From: an uncultured Prolixibacteraceae bacterium
GTDB taxonomy: Bacteria; Bacteroidota; Bacteroidia; Bacteroidales; FEN-979
Direction of reading: 5' to 3'
DNA: 64,000 nucleotides
Assembly: GCA_964455285.1 (NCBI GenBank)
Contig: CAYVVG010000008.1
Span: forward strand, 1,595 to 65,594
The position numbers and the translations under genes were made by a program. Shown here piece after piece: positions 54,900-64,000 of this stretch. The notes below the pieces were generated by a model that saw only the letters and a list, made by a program, of their open reading frames with translations, did not search any database and was not told the DNA's origin. The number at the start of each line of letters is the position of its first letter. The stretch's first letter is position 1.

Positions 54900-55687
54900 T
54901 AAAACCGATTGAAGTGCCGGTAATGGCCGACCTCCACGCCCGCGGCGTGACCCCTGAATATCTGTTCTGGGTGGGTTGTGCGGGTGCCTACGACGACCGT
55001 TATCAGAAAGTCACCCGTGCCTTTGCCAAAATACTCGATCACCTTGGGGTGAGTTATGCCGTTCTGGGGAAGGAGGAATCCTGCACGGGCGATCCTGCCC
55101 GCCGGGCCGGAAATGAGATGCTCTACCAGATGCAGGCGCTCCGCAACATAGAGATCTTCCGTTCCTACAACATCCGTAAGATCATCACGATCTGTCCGCA
55201 CTGTTACAATATCTTCAAAAATGAGTATCCCGACCTGGGAGCCGATTTTGAAGTGATCAGCTATCTGCAGTTCCTTGAATCCCAGGCGACATCCGGAAGA
55301 TTGACCATCAGTCAGGATCGCCTGAAAAATACCACGGTCACTTACCACGATCCCTGCTACCTCGGTCGAGCCAATGATATTTACGAGGAACCGAGGTCAT
55401 TGCTGAAGAAGCTGGCACCGGATTTTAAGGAGATGGAGCGCAGCCGGAGTTTTGCCCTCTGTTGCGGCGCCGGCGGCGCCCAGATGTTCAAGGAAGCGGA
55501 AAAAGGCGATAAGGAGGTCTTCATCGAGCGAACCGAGGAGGCCCTCAGGACCGGTGCCGGCGTGATTGCCACCGCCTGCCCGTTCTGCATGACGATGCTG
55601 ACCGACGGACTGAAGTACAAGAACCGGGAAGGGGAGGTGAGGAACCTCGACATCGCGGAACTGATCGCAGAATCATTGAATCTTTAA
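54896..55687 (+). CDS. CCG-domain (Fe-S)-binding subunit, HdrD / GlpC / LutA-like
   Basis: 263 aa. It has two cysteine-rich CCG-type motifs (CPHCYN...YHDPCYLGR and CCGAGG...CPFC). The start overlaps the upstream stop (ATGA). Confidence 0.75.
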   Translation: MIKPIEVPVMADLHARGVTPEYLFWVGCAGAYDDRYQKVTRAFAKILDHLGVSYAVLGKEESCTGDPARRAGNEMLYQMQALRNIEIFRSYNIRKIITICPHCYNIFKNEYPDLGADFEVISYLQFLESQATSGRLTISQDRLKNTTVTYHDPCYLGRANDIYEEPRSLLKKLAPDFKEMERSRSFALCCGAGGAQMFKEAEKGDKEVFIERTEEALRTGAGVIATACPFCMTMLTDGLKYKNREGEVRNLDIAELIAESLNL

Positions 55688-55706
55688 TTGATAAAACCAA
55701 ACCGAA

Positions 55707-57491
55707 ATGGAGAACAGAAAAGTGCTGAAGAGCGGCGAATTCCTCGTCGACGGGATCAACGCGGCTGATGTTTTCATTCCCGAGCAGTTTGACGAGGAAC
55801 AGCAGATGATCGCCCAAACGATCCAGGATTTCCTCGAGGCGGAACTCTACCCGAACATCGACCGCATCGATTCCCCCGATACTGCCCTGATGAAAGAGAT
55901 CCTGAAGAAAGCCGGCGATCTTGGCCTGATGGGGATCTCGATCCCAGAAGAATACGGAGGCTTCGGCCAGTCATTCGTAACCCAGATGCTGGCAGCCGAA
56001 AAGATCGGCGCAGGCCATTCGTTCTCTGTTGCCTTTATGGCCCACACGGGGATCGGTACCCTGCCGATCATGTACTATGGCAATGAGGACCAGCGCCAGC
56101 GGTATGTGACAAGGCTCGCAACGGGTGAGATGCTGGGGGCTTACTGCCTGACCGAGCCCGGGGCCGGAAGCGATGCCAATTCAGGGAAGACCACTGCCAT
56201 TTTGTCCGATGACGGGCAGCACTATATCCTGAACGGGCAGAAAATGTGGATCACCAATGCCGGGTTCGCCGATACCCAGGTGGTCTTTGCCAAGATCGAC
56301 CGAGACCGCGTGCTCAGCGCATTTATTGTCGAGCGCAGCTTCCCAGGTGTGGTTGTAAACCCGGATGAGCATAAGATGGGCATCAAAGGGTCGTCGACGG
56401 CTCAGATCTTTTACAACGATGTGAAGGTGCCTGTGACCAACCTCATCGGGGCCCGCGGCGAAGGATTCAGGATCGCGCTCAGCATTCTTCACATGGGACG
56501 CATCAAGCTGGGCGCCAATGTACTGGGTGCCTGCAAGAAGGCCATCATCGATTCGGTCAGGTATGCCAACGAACGGAAACAGTTCAATGTGCTGATCTCG
56601 ACCTTTGGTGCCATCCGCCATAAGCTGGCGCAACAGGTGATTACCACTTATGCACTCGAATCAGCGATTTACCGGTTAAGCAAGGATATCGACGACCAGA
56701 TCGAGGCCAACAAGGCCTCGGGCATGGACAAGGGCAAGGCATCCATTGAAGGCATCAGCCATTATGCAGTGGAGGCGGCGATCCTGAAAGTGTACGGGTC
56801 GGAAGCGCTCGATTTCGTGATCGACGAGGCGGTCCAGATCCATGGCGGTATGGGATATTCGGCCGAAATGGCGGTGGAGCGCGGCTACCGTGATTCACGC
56901 ATCAACCGGATCTTCGAAGGAACCAACGAGATCAACCGTCTTCTGGTGGTCGACACCGCCATGAAACGCGCGATGAAAGGCGATTTCGACCTTTTCGGCA
57001 AAGCGGCTGCCCTGGCTTCGGCCGACGGGGCCGTTCACGAGGACATGATGCCGGGCGACGGCTATTTCACGGCCAAGCATAAGGTCATCCGCAATTTCAA
57101 GAACCTGATCCTGTTGCTGATCCACGAAGCCTCCGCCTGTTTCGACAAGAAACTGGTGCAGGAGCAGGAGGTGCTCAACAACCTGGCCGACATGATCATA
57201 CAGGTTTATATTGCCGAATCGCTCGCCCTGAGGATCGAAAAAATGGAGAATCTGCGTGGGGAAGATCCGTCGGGGGTGTACCGGGCGATCCTCGACGTGT
57301 TCGTTTACGATGCCGCCGACAACATCCGCAAACCGGCAGTGGATGCATTTAACTCGCTGGGTGTAACCGGCAGGGAAGGGCAATTCCGTCGCTGGATCGA
57401 TACGCTGTCTACTGCTCCCGGCATCAATGTGAAAGAGGCCAGGAGAAAGATCGCCGAAAAACTGATCGCCGACAATGGCTACAAATGGTAG
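55707..57491 (+). CDS. acyl-CoA dehydrogenase (long, about 600-aa Bacteroidota type)
   Basis: 594 aa. GAYCLTEPGAGSDA, WITNAGFAD and IHGGMGYS...YRDSRINRIFEGTNEI are ACAD motifs. Confidence 0.88.
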   Translation: MENRKVLKSGEFLVDGINAADVFIPEQFDEEQQMIAQTIQDFLEAELYPNIDRIDSPDTALMKEILKKAGDLGLMGISIPEEYGGFGQSFVTQMLAAEKIGAGHSFSVAFMAHTGIGTLPIMYYGNEDQRQRYVTRLATGEMLGAYCLTEPGAGSDANSGKTTAILSDDGQHYILNGQKMWITNAGFADTQVVFAKIDRDRVLSAFIVERSFPGVVVNPDEHKMGIKGSSTAQIFYNDVKVPVTNLIGARGEGFRIALSILHMGRIKLGANVLGACKKAIIDSVRYANERKQFNVLISTFGAIRHKLAQQVITTYALESAIYRLSKDIDDQIEANKASGMDKGKASIEGISHYAVEAAILKVYGSEALDFVIDEAVQIHGGMGYSAEMAVERGYRDSRINRIFEGTNEINRLLVVDTAMKRAMKGDFDLFGKAAALASADGAVHEDMMPGDGYFTAKHKVIRNFKNLILLLIHEASACFDKKLVQEQEVLNNLADMIIQVYIAESLALRIEKMENLRGEDPSGVYRAILDVFVYDAADNIRKPAVDAFNSLGVTGREGQFRRWIDTLSTAPGINVKEARRKIAEKLIADNGYKW

Positions 57492-57515
57492 ACGGCAGCC
57501 TGTTTAAGAAGAAAC

Positions 57516-57542
57516 GGGATCCTCAGGATCCCTTTTCTTTTT
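57516..57542 (+). terminator. hairpin plus T-tract terminator after the acyl-CoA dehydrogenase gene, overlapping the clpC 3' end (probably bidirectional)
   Basis: GGGATCC-TCA-GGATCCC is followed by TTTTCTTTTT. The loop TCA is the complement of the clpC TGA stop codon. Confidence 0.65.
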
Positions 57543-60072
57543 CATCTTCTTCCCGGTCAATCCTTACGATGATCTCGTCCTGGTCGGCCAGGTAATCGAC
57601 CGTGATCACATCGCTGGGTGCCAGTTTGGTCTTGATGATCTCTTCGGCCAGGGCATCCTCCACGTACTTCTGGATCGCCCGTTTCAGCGGCCGTGCGCCG
57701 AATTGCGGGTCCCAGCCCTTTTCAGCGATGAAATCCTTCGCTTTTTCGGTGATGACGATGTGAACACCCAGGTCCTGCGTCCGTTTGTATAGGTGCTGGA
57801 GTTCGATGTCGATGATCTTATGGATATCTTCGCGTTCCAGGGATTCGAAGATCACGATATCGTCGATCCGGTTCAGGAATTCAGGGGCAAAAGCTTTTTT
57901 CAGCGCATTCTCGATGACCCCCCGGGCGTGTTCGCTGCTGGCGGCCTGCTTGGCGGAGGTGGCAAAACCGACACCCTGGCCGAAATCCTTCAGTTGCCGT
58001 GAACCGATGTTCGAGGTCATGATCACGATGGTGTTCTTGAAATCGACCCTCCGGCCGAAACTGTCGGTCAGCAGGCCGTCGTCGAGCACCTGGAGCAACA
58101 GGTGGAACACATCGGGATGGGCTTTCTCGATCTCGTCGAGGAGCACGATGGAGTAGGGGCGACGGCGGATCTTTTCCGTCAGTTGTCCGCCCTCCTCGTA
58201 CCCCACGTACCCCGGAGGAGCTCCGATCAGCCTCGACACGGCAAATTTCTCCATGTATTCGCTCATGTCAATGCGAACCAGTGCATCTTCCGTGTCGAAC
58301 AGGTATTTCGAGAGCACTTTGGCCAGGTGGGTTTTACCGACCCCGGTAGGTCCGAGGAAGATAAATGTGCCGATGGGTTTGTTCGGATCCTTCAGCCCGG
58401 CACGGTTGCGGCGGATGGCGCTGACCACCTTTTTGATGGCCTGGTTCTGACCGATCACCGCATTCTCCAGTTCCGCTTCCATGTGGATGAGCCGTTCGCT
58501 TTCATTTTTGGCGATGCGCTGCACCGGGATCCCGGTCATCATCGCCACCACTTCGGCCACATTTTCTTCCGCGACGGTTTGCCGGTTCAGCTTAGCGCTC
58601 TCTTCCCATTTCTTCTTCTCGCGCTCCAGGCTATCCTGCAGTTTTCTTTCGGCATCCCTCAGGTCGGCGGCCTCTTCGAACTTCTGGCTGTTGATGGCCA
58701 TCATCTTCTTTTTCCGGGTTTCCTCGATCTGGTTCTCCACGTCGATGATCTCCCTGGGAACGTTGATGTTGGAGATATGTACGCGGGCTCCGGCTTCGTC
58801 GAGGGCATCGATGGCCTTGTCGGGCAGGTAGCGGTCGGTGATATAGCGGTTGGTCAGGACGACGCAGGCTTTCACCGCATCTTCGGTGTAGTTGACCAGG
58901 TGGTGGTCTTCGTATTTTTCCTTGATGTTCCGGAGGATCTCTTCGGTCTCCTCGGGTGTGGTGGGATCGACCAGCACTTTCTGGAAACGGCGTTCGAGGG
59001 CTCCGTCCTTTTCGATATACTGGCGGTATTCGTCGAGGGTGGTGGCGCCAATGCACTGGATGTCACCCCGCGCCAGGGCAGGTTTGAACATGTTGGAGGC
59101 ATCGAGGGAACCGGATGCGTTCCCGGCACCGACGATGGTGTGGATCTCGTCGATGAAAACGATGATGTTCGGGTTCTTCTCCAGTTCGTTGAGCACGGCT
59201 TTCATCCGCTCTTCGAACTGGCCGCGGTACTTGGTCCCTGCCACGAGCGATGCCAGGTCGAGCGACACCAGCCGCTTGTTGAAAAGCGAGCGGGCCACCT
59301 TGCGTTGCACGATGCGAAGGGCGAGTCCTTCGGCGATGGCCGACTTCCCAACGCCCGGTTCCCCGATAAGGATCGGGTTGTTCTTCTTCCGGCGGCTCAG
59401 GATCTGGGCGATGCGCTGGAGTTCCTTTTCCCTCCCGACGATCGGATCGAGGCGGCCCTCTTCGGCAGCCCGCGTGATATCGCGGCCGAAGTTGTCGAGC
59501 ACCGGTGTTTTCGATTTCGATTCCTGGCCCTTTTTCTGGCTGCCGCCGAAACTCTTTCCCCCCTCCTCGGGCTCGTCATCTTCCTCCTCCCGCGGCATGA
59601 TGTCCTGGGGATCAATCCGGGCCTCACCGGATGTGTCGGACAGGATCGAGCGGAGCTCTTCCTTGACCATGTCATAGGTCACACCTCCGCTGTGAAACGT
59701 CTTGGTGACCAGGTTATTTTCGTCTTTCAGGATAGCCAGCAGCAGGTGTTCGGTCCCGATCAGTTCACTGCTGAAAAGCTTGGCTTCGAGGTAGGTGATC
59801 TTGAGCGCCCGTTCCGCCTGCTTGATCAGGGGTAGGTTCTCGCTGCCTGCCTGCTTTTCCTTATGGCTGAATACGGCCATTTCCAATTTCTTCTTGATAT
59901 CCTGGAGATCAATGCCGAGGTTTCGCATGATCCGGATGGCGAGGCCTTCACCTTCGCGGATGATACCCAGCAACAGGTGTTCCAGGCCGATGTAATCGTT
60001 GCCCAGGCGCTGCGCTTCCTCACGGCTGTATATTAAGACATCTTTGACACGCTGAGAGAATTTTGCTTCCAT
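57523..60072 (-). CDS. clpC: ATP-dependent Clp protease ATP-binding subunit ClpC (Clp/Hsp100 class I)
   Basis: 849 aa. Clp_N repeats are followed by two AAA+ modules (GEPGVGKSA and GPTGVGKTH) and a UVR-like linker (FEEAADLRDAERKLQ). Confidence 0.9.
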   Translation of the reverse strand: MEAKFSQRVKDVLIYSREEAQRLGNDYIGLEHLLLGIIREGEGLAIRIMRNLGIDLQDIKKKLEMAVFSHKEKQAGSENLPLIKQAERALKITYLEAKLFSSELIGTEHLLLAILKDENNLVTKTFHSGGVTYDMVKEELRSILSDTSGEARIDPQDIMPREEEDDEPEEGGKSFGGSQKKGQESKSKTPVLDNFGRDITRAAEEGRLDPIVGREKELQRIAQILSRRKKNNPILIGEPGVGKSAIAEGLALRIVQRKVARSLFNKRLVSLDLASLVAGTKYRGQFEERMKAVLNELEKNPNIIVFIDEIHTIVGAGNASGSLDASNMFKPALARGDIQCIGATTLDEYRQYIEKDGALERRFQKVLVDPTTPEETEEILRNIKEKYEDHHLVNYTEDAVKACVVLTNRYITDRYLPDKAIDALDEAGARVHISNINVPREIIDVENQIEETRKKKMMAINSQKFEEAADLRDAERKLQDSLEREKKKWEESAKLNRQTVAEENVAEVVAMMTGIPVQRIAKNESERLIHMEAELENAVIGQNQAIKKVVSAIRRNRAGLKDPNKPIGTFIFLGPTGVGKTHLAKVLSKYLFDTEDALVRIDMSEYMEKFAVSRLIGAPPGYVGYEEGGQLTEKIRRRPYSIVLLDEIEKAHPDVFHLLLQVLDDGLLTDSFGRRVDFKNTIVIMTSNIGSRQLKDFGQGVGFATSAKQAASSEHARGVIENALKKAFAPEFLNRIDDIVIFESLEREDIHKIIDIELQHLYKRTQDLGVHIVITEKAKDFIAEKGWDPQFGARPLKRAIQKYVEDALAEEIIKTKLAPSDVITVDYLADQDEIIVRIDREEDEKEKGS

Positions 60073-60152
60073 GAATCGGTCTTCAATTAGTATTCTGTCC
60101 CGGCGACAAAAACCGAACCACGACTTCGTGCCGGTTATTTTGTCACTGTTTT

Positions 60153-60160
60153 CAAAAGTA
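60153..60160 (-). promoter_or_regulatory. -7 promoter box TACTTTTG for clpC
   Basis: Exact motif on the minus strand, 80 nt upstream of ATG 60072. Confidence 0.45.
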
Positions 60161-60293
60161 CGATTGAAATTCAGATTTTGTTGCCGGGAGGTTCGAAATT
60201 ATCAACATTTCCATGTTAGTAATACGAAAAAAATACCGAATAAAAAACGCCTCTGCAAACGGGATTTTTGTTACCTTCGTGACATCGTAGTTT

Positions 60294-60332
60294 ATTATCT
60301 ATAATATTGATTATCAATTAGTTATAATTATC
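60294..60332 (+). repeat. three ATTATC hexamers at 16-17 bp spacing in the gyrA leader
   Basis: ATTATC occurs at 60294-60299, 60310-60315 and 60327-60332, in an AT-rich tract just upstream of the gyrA ATG. Confidence 0.7.
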
Positions 60333-60342
60333 AGTCAGGACG

Positions 60343-62922
60343 ATGCAACAGGGAGAGAAAATCATACAGGTAAATATTGAGAATCAGATGAAGACGGCCT
60401 ACATCGACTATTCCATGTCGGTGATCGTACAGCGTGCGTTGCCCGATGTACGGGATGGCCTGAAACCCGTACACCGCCGAGTATTGTTCGGGATGTCCGA
60501 GCTTGGAGTGTTGTCGAACCGTACCTTTAAAAAATCGGCGAGGATCGTGGGAGAGGTCTTGGGTAAATACCATCCTCACGGCGATACCTCGGTTTATGAT
60601 GCCATGGTGCGCATGGCGCAGGATTGGAGCCTGCGTTACCCGATGGTCGACGGCCAGGGCAACTTCGGATCGATGGATGGCGACAGCCCCGCGGCCATGC
60701 GGTACACCGAGGCCCGTCTTCAAAAGATGGCGGAGGAGATGGTGGCCGACATTGAGAAGGACACTGTCGATTTCAAGCTGAACTTCGACGACAGTCTCAA
60801 GGAACCCGTCGTTCTGCCTTCGCGGATCCCGCACCTTCTGATCAACGGGGCCTCGGGCATCGCGGTGGGAATGGCCACCAACATGGCTCCGCATAACCTC
60901 AGCGAGGTGGTCGACGGGATCATTGCCTATATCGACAACCGGGAGATCACCGTGGCCGAACTCATGAAATTCATCAAAGCCCCCGATTTTCCAACGGGCG
61001 GGATCATATACGGGTACGACGGCGTGAAGGACGCCTTTGAGACCGGGCGCGGCCGCATTGTCGTGCGCGGCGAGACAAAGATCGAGCAGGACGATCACGG
61101 GCGCGAAAAGATCGTGGTCACTTCGATCCCGTACCAGGTGAATAAAGCAGAGATGATCAAGAAAACGGCCGACCTGGTCAATGACAAGAAAATTGAAGGG
61201 ATTTCCGATATCCGCGACGAATCCGACCGCAACGGCGTGCGCATCGTTTACGAACTGAAGCGCGAAGCGATCACCAATGTGGTGCTGAACAAGCTCTACC
61301 AGATGACTGCGTTGCAGACCTCCTTCAACGTGAACAACATTGCCCTGGTCAAGGGGCGTCCGATGCTCCTGAACCTGAAGGACATGATCGTTCATTACGT
61401 GGAGCACCGGCATGATGTGGTGATCCGCCGGACCCGCTACGAACTGGCGGAAGCACAGAAACGGGCCCACATCCTGGAAGGATTGCTCATCGCCCTCGAC
61501 CACCTGGATGCCGTGATTGCGCTGATCCGTGCTTCGGCGACCCCCGACGAGGCCCGTACCGGGCTGATGGAATCGTTCGGGCTTAGCGAGATCCAGGCGA
61601 AAGCGATCCTCGAAATGCGCCTGCAGCGGCTTACCGGCCTCGAACGCGACAAGATCCGCGAAGAGTATGCCCAGATCATGAACCTGATCGAGTTCCTTTC
61701 CAAGGTGCTGGCCGACGAATCGATCCGCATGGGGATCATCAAGGACGAACTGAAGGAGATCAAGGAAAAATTCGGAGACGAACCCCGTACACAGATCGTA
61801 TATGCCGCCTCGGATTTCCGCATTGAAGATACCATCCCCGACGAAAACGTGGTGATCACCATATCCCACCTTGGGTACATCAAACGCACCCCACTCACCG
61901 AATACCGGGTGCAGAACCGCGGAGGCAGGGGAACCCGCGGCACCGATATCCGGGAGGAGGATTTCCTCGAACACCTTTTCGTGGCCACCAACCACAACTA
62001 CATGCTCTTCTTTACAGAAAAGGGCAAATGCTTCTGGCTCAGGGTCTATGAGATCCCGGAAGGAGGGAAGACCTCCAAGGGCAGAGCCATCCAGAACCTG
62101 ATCAATATTGAGGGTGATGACAAAGTCAGGGCCTTCATCAATGTGAAAGATCTGAAAGACGAGGAGTACACCCGCTCTAATTTCATTATCCTGGCGACCC
62201 GGCGGGGCACCATCAAAAAGACCTCGCTGGAGGCCTATTCCCGGCCGAGGCAGAGCGGAATCAATGCCATCACCATCAACGAAGGGGACCAACTGCTGGA
62301 AGCCAGACTGACCCAGGGCACCGACGAAGTGATCATGGCGCTGCGATCGGGGAGAGCCATCAGGTTCAACGAGAAGACGGTCAGACCGATGGGACGAAAT
62401 GCCGCGGGGGTGCGGGGGATCACCCTGGCCGGGCCCAATGATGAGGTGGTTGGCATGATCTGCATCCCCCTCGATAAAAAGTTCGAAGTGCTGGTCGTCT
62501 CCGAGAACGGGTATGGAAAACGTTCCGACCTCGACGATTACCGCATTACGAACCGGGGCGGAAAGGGAGTCAAGACCATTAATATCACCGAGAAGACCGG
62601 CGCCCTGATTGCCGTGAAGGATGTTTCCGACGCCGACGACCTGATGATCATCAACCGCTCGGGAATCATTATCCGCATGGGAGTGGCCAATCTTCGCGTA
62701 ATGGGAAGAGCCACACAGGGTGTCAGGCTGATCAAGATCGATGACGGCGATGCTATCGCCGCTGTTGCCAAAGTGGAAGTGGAAGAACCCCAGGTCCTGT
62801 CCGACGAAGGGAACGGAGACATTGGCATGGAAATTGAAGAAGGGTTCAGCAGTGCCGGGGAGGAGATGGAAAGCCAGCCTCCTGTGAATGACGGAACAGC
62901 CGACGACCACGTTGAAAATTAA
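60343..62922 (+). CDS. gyrA: DNA gyrase subunit A
   Basis: 859 aa. DGLKPVHRR is present, AAMRYTE contains the catalytic tyrosine, and GyrA-box / beta-pinwheel repeats (GGRGTRG..., GGKGVK...) follow. The C-terminal tail is acidic. Confidence 0.96.
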   Translation: MQQGEKIIQVNIENQMKTAYIDYSMSVIVQRALPDVRDGLKPVHRRVLFGMSELGVLSNRTFKKSARIVGEVLGKYHPHGDTSVYDAMVRMAQDWSLRYPMVDGQGNFGSMDGDSPAAMRYTEARLQKMAEEMVADIEKDTVDFKLNFDDSLKEPVVLPSRIPHLLINGASGIAVGMATNMAPHNLSEVVDGIIAYIDNREITVAELMKFIKAPDFPTGGIIYGYDGVKDAFETGRGRIVVRGETKIEQDDHGREKIVVTSIPYQVNKAEMIKKTADLVNDKKIEGISDIRDESDRNGVRIVYELKREAITNVVLNKLYQMTALQTSFNVNNIALVKGRPMLLNLKDMIVHYVEHRHDVVIRRTRYELAEAQKRAHILEGLLIALDHLDAVIALIRASATPDEARTGLMESFGLSEIQAKAILEMRLQRLTGLERDKIREEYAQIMNLIEFLSKVLADESIRMGIIKDELKEIKEKFGDEPRTQIVYAASDFRIEDTIPDENVVITISHLGYIKRTPLTEYRVQNRGGRGTRGTDIREEDFLEHLFVATNHNYMLFFTEKGKCFWLRVYEIPEGGKTSKGRAIQNLINIEGDDKVRAFINVKDLKDEEYTRSNFIILATRRGTIKKTSLEAYSRPRQSGINAITINEGDQLLEARLTQGTDEVIMALRSGRAIRFNEKTVRPMGRNAAGVRGITLAGPNDEVVGMICIPLDKKFEVLVVSENGYGKRSDLDDYRITNRGGKGVKTINITEKTGALIAVKDVSDADDLMIINRSGIIIRMGVANLRVMGRATQGVRLIKIDDGDAIAAVAKVEVEEPQVLSDEGNGDIGMEIEEGFSSAGEEMESQPPVNDGTADDHVEN

Positions 62923-62956
62923 ATGCAACCCAAATAACAGAATAGTCAGGTTTCTT

Positions 62957-62964
62957 TATCTTTG
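62957..62964 (+). promoter_or_regulatory. -7 promoter box TATCTTTG for the TPR protein gene
   Basis: Exact motif 45 nt upstream of ATG 63010. Confidence 0.45.
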
Positions 62965-63009
62965 CAATCTAACAATCAACTCAATAGTATCATCCAAATC
63001 AGCAAACCC

Positions 63010-64000
63010 ATGAAAAAATCCGCAATGATCCTGGTCATGGTTTTCGCCGCTGCCTTAGCCTTCGGCCAGAAAAATGTCCGCCAGACCGCTTCAAACTATT
63101 TGAAGGACGGGAAGTTAGATAAGGCTATGGAAGCCATTAACCAGTGCATTCTGGATCCGAGTACGGCTACCGACTCGAAAGCATGGTTGCTCAGGGGGAA
63201 TATCTATATGGAGATTGCCAGCAGCAAGGATGAAAAATACCAGTCCCTCGACCCGGGCGCGTTCACCAAAGCCATGGAATCCTACAAGAAGTCGCTTGAG
63301 TTCGATCCGAAAAAGGAGATGCAGAAGAAAGAATACTACGGAGAGATCGCAACACGGATTGACCTGCAATATCGCAACTTCTTCGACCAGGCCATTGCGC
63401 GGTACAATGAAAAGGATTTCAAAGCGGCCATGACCAACTTCGGCCGTTCGGCGGAGGTGCTGGAAGTGATCGGGATGACCGATACCCTCAGCCTGCTCAA
63501 CGCCGCTCTGTGCGCCGGGATGGCCAACGAAAGAGGATCTGCCAGGGATTATTACCTGAAGCTCCTGCAGGGAAACTATAAGTCACCTAGTTTATATAGC
63601 AGTCTGTCAGATATATACCTCAAGGAAAAGGACTCGACCAATGCATTCAAGTACATCCGGATGGGGTTGAAGGAATACCCGACGAACATGGGACTTTTCA
63701 ACAGCGAGATCAATATTTACCTGACGTACAATATTGTGGACAAGGCCATGAGCAACCTCAATATCGCCATGAAGAAGGATACTGCCAATTATTCGATCCC
63801 GTTTGCCCTGGGTACCCTTTACGACAACATGGCCAACGATACGGCGAGGAGCGAAGCCCAGCGGGCCGACGCGTTCATCAATGCCGAAAAATCGTATAAA
63901 AAGGCGCTGCAGCTGAAGGCTGATTATTTTGATGCCGCGTTCAACCTCGGAGCGCTTAACCTGAACAAGGCTTCCGACATTCTCGTCAAGGCAAACAACC
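63010..64000 (+). CDS. secreted TPR-repeat protein (3'-truncated by window end)
   Basis: I translated it by hand from ATG 63010: MKKSAMILVMVFAAALAFGQKNVRQTASNYLKDGKLDKAMEAINQ... The frame stays open to 64000 and shows TPR-like A/Y/L periodicity. It is absent from the ORF track because there is no stop. Confidence 0.55.
   Translation, partial: MKKSAMILVMVFAAALAFGQKNVRQTASNYLKDGKLDKAMEAINQCILDPSTATDSKAWLLRGNIYMEIASSKDEKYQSLDPGAFTKAMESYKKSLEFDPKKEMQKKEYYGEIATRIDLQYRNFFDQAIARYNEKDFKAAMTNFGRSAEVLEVIGMTDTLSLLNAALCAGMANERGSARDYYLKLLQGNYKSPSLYSSLSDIYLKEKDSTNAFKYIRMGLKEYPTNMGLFNSEINIYLTYNIVDKAMSNLNIAMKKDTANYSIPFALGTLYDNMANDTARSEAQRADAFINAEKSYKKALQLKADYFDAAFNLGALNLNKASDILVKANN

Noticed and set aside
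58102-59835. 577-aa ORF antisense to clpC. Similar long antisense ORFs lie at 2770-4047, 8899-9813, 10321-11313, 26347-27426, 27276-28274, 34642-35700, 43796-44896 and 30018-30536.
   Set aside because: All of them lie opposite genes with strong family signatures. Their sequences are repetitive and rich in G, R, D and H. They are explained by the codon bias of the sense genes.
60331-62928. 865-aa ORF antisense to the whole of gyrA
   Set aside because: It is exactly codon-aligned with gyrA, so it stays open simply because gyrA avoids TTA, CTA and TCA. Its translation is low-complexity and rich in G, D, H and V with no recognisable motifs. It has no promoter box and no independent start context.
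1-64000. Search for CRISPR arrays, rRNA or tRNA genes, transposases, integrases, toxin-antitoxin pairs or known defence modules
   Set aside because: I found none. Every large ORF is accounted for by housekeeping or metabolic families, and the only repeats are the short heptads and 18-nt palindromes reported above.

Overview
This 64-kb window looks like core chromosome of a Bacteroidota bacterium with moderately high GC. The phylum call rests on three things. The Bacteroidota -7 promoter box TAnnTTTG recurs about 19 times just upstream of gene starts. Three secreted peptidases carry type IX secretion (T9SS) C-terminal sorting domains. Gene families typical of the phylum are present, including a DUF4835/PorD-like protein, the long form of RNA polymerase omega, and type B ribosomal protein L31. 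I call 50 protein-coding genes, two of them truncated by the window edges. They include dnaA, gyrA, clpC, lon, recN, sucD, fabG, fabI, serC, serA, dapA, coaBC, bamD, rpoZ, prmC and the 5' end of mnmE. There is also a non-classical glycogen locus, an etfB-etfA / Fe-S oxidoreductase / acyl-CoA dehydrogenase module, and an ABC-2 exporter. I saw no rRNA, tRNA, CRISPR array, transposase, integrase, phage genes or recognisable defence system, so this is not an obvious accessory island and I do not claim a new multi-gene system. The most unusual signals are small-scale. (1) Phased heptanucleotide arrays (TCGTAMA)n run straight into the ATG of two carbon-metabolism genes, sucD and a GT4 glycogen-cluster gene. 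(2) An 18-nt REP-like palindrome family occurs three times, and one copy is flanked by 14-bp direct repeats. (3) A GH57 enzyme carries a histone-H1-like Lys/Ala tail. (4) A 1416-aa protein fuses glycogen synthase to alpha-glucan phosphorylase. (5) A membrane Fe-S oxidoreductase pair sits between etfA and an acyl-CoA dehydrogenase. (6) Several genes have the -7 box only 4-6 nt from the ATG, which implies leaderless mRNAs. Many ORF-track starts are N-terminal over-extensions, and I corrected them using promoter position and conserved N-termini. The numerous long antisense ORFs are codon-aligned shadows of real genes.
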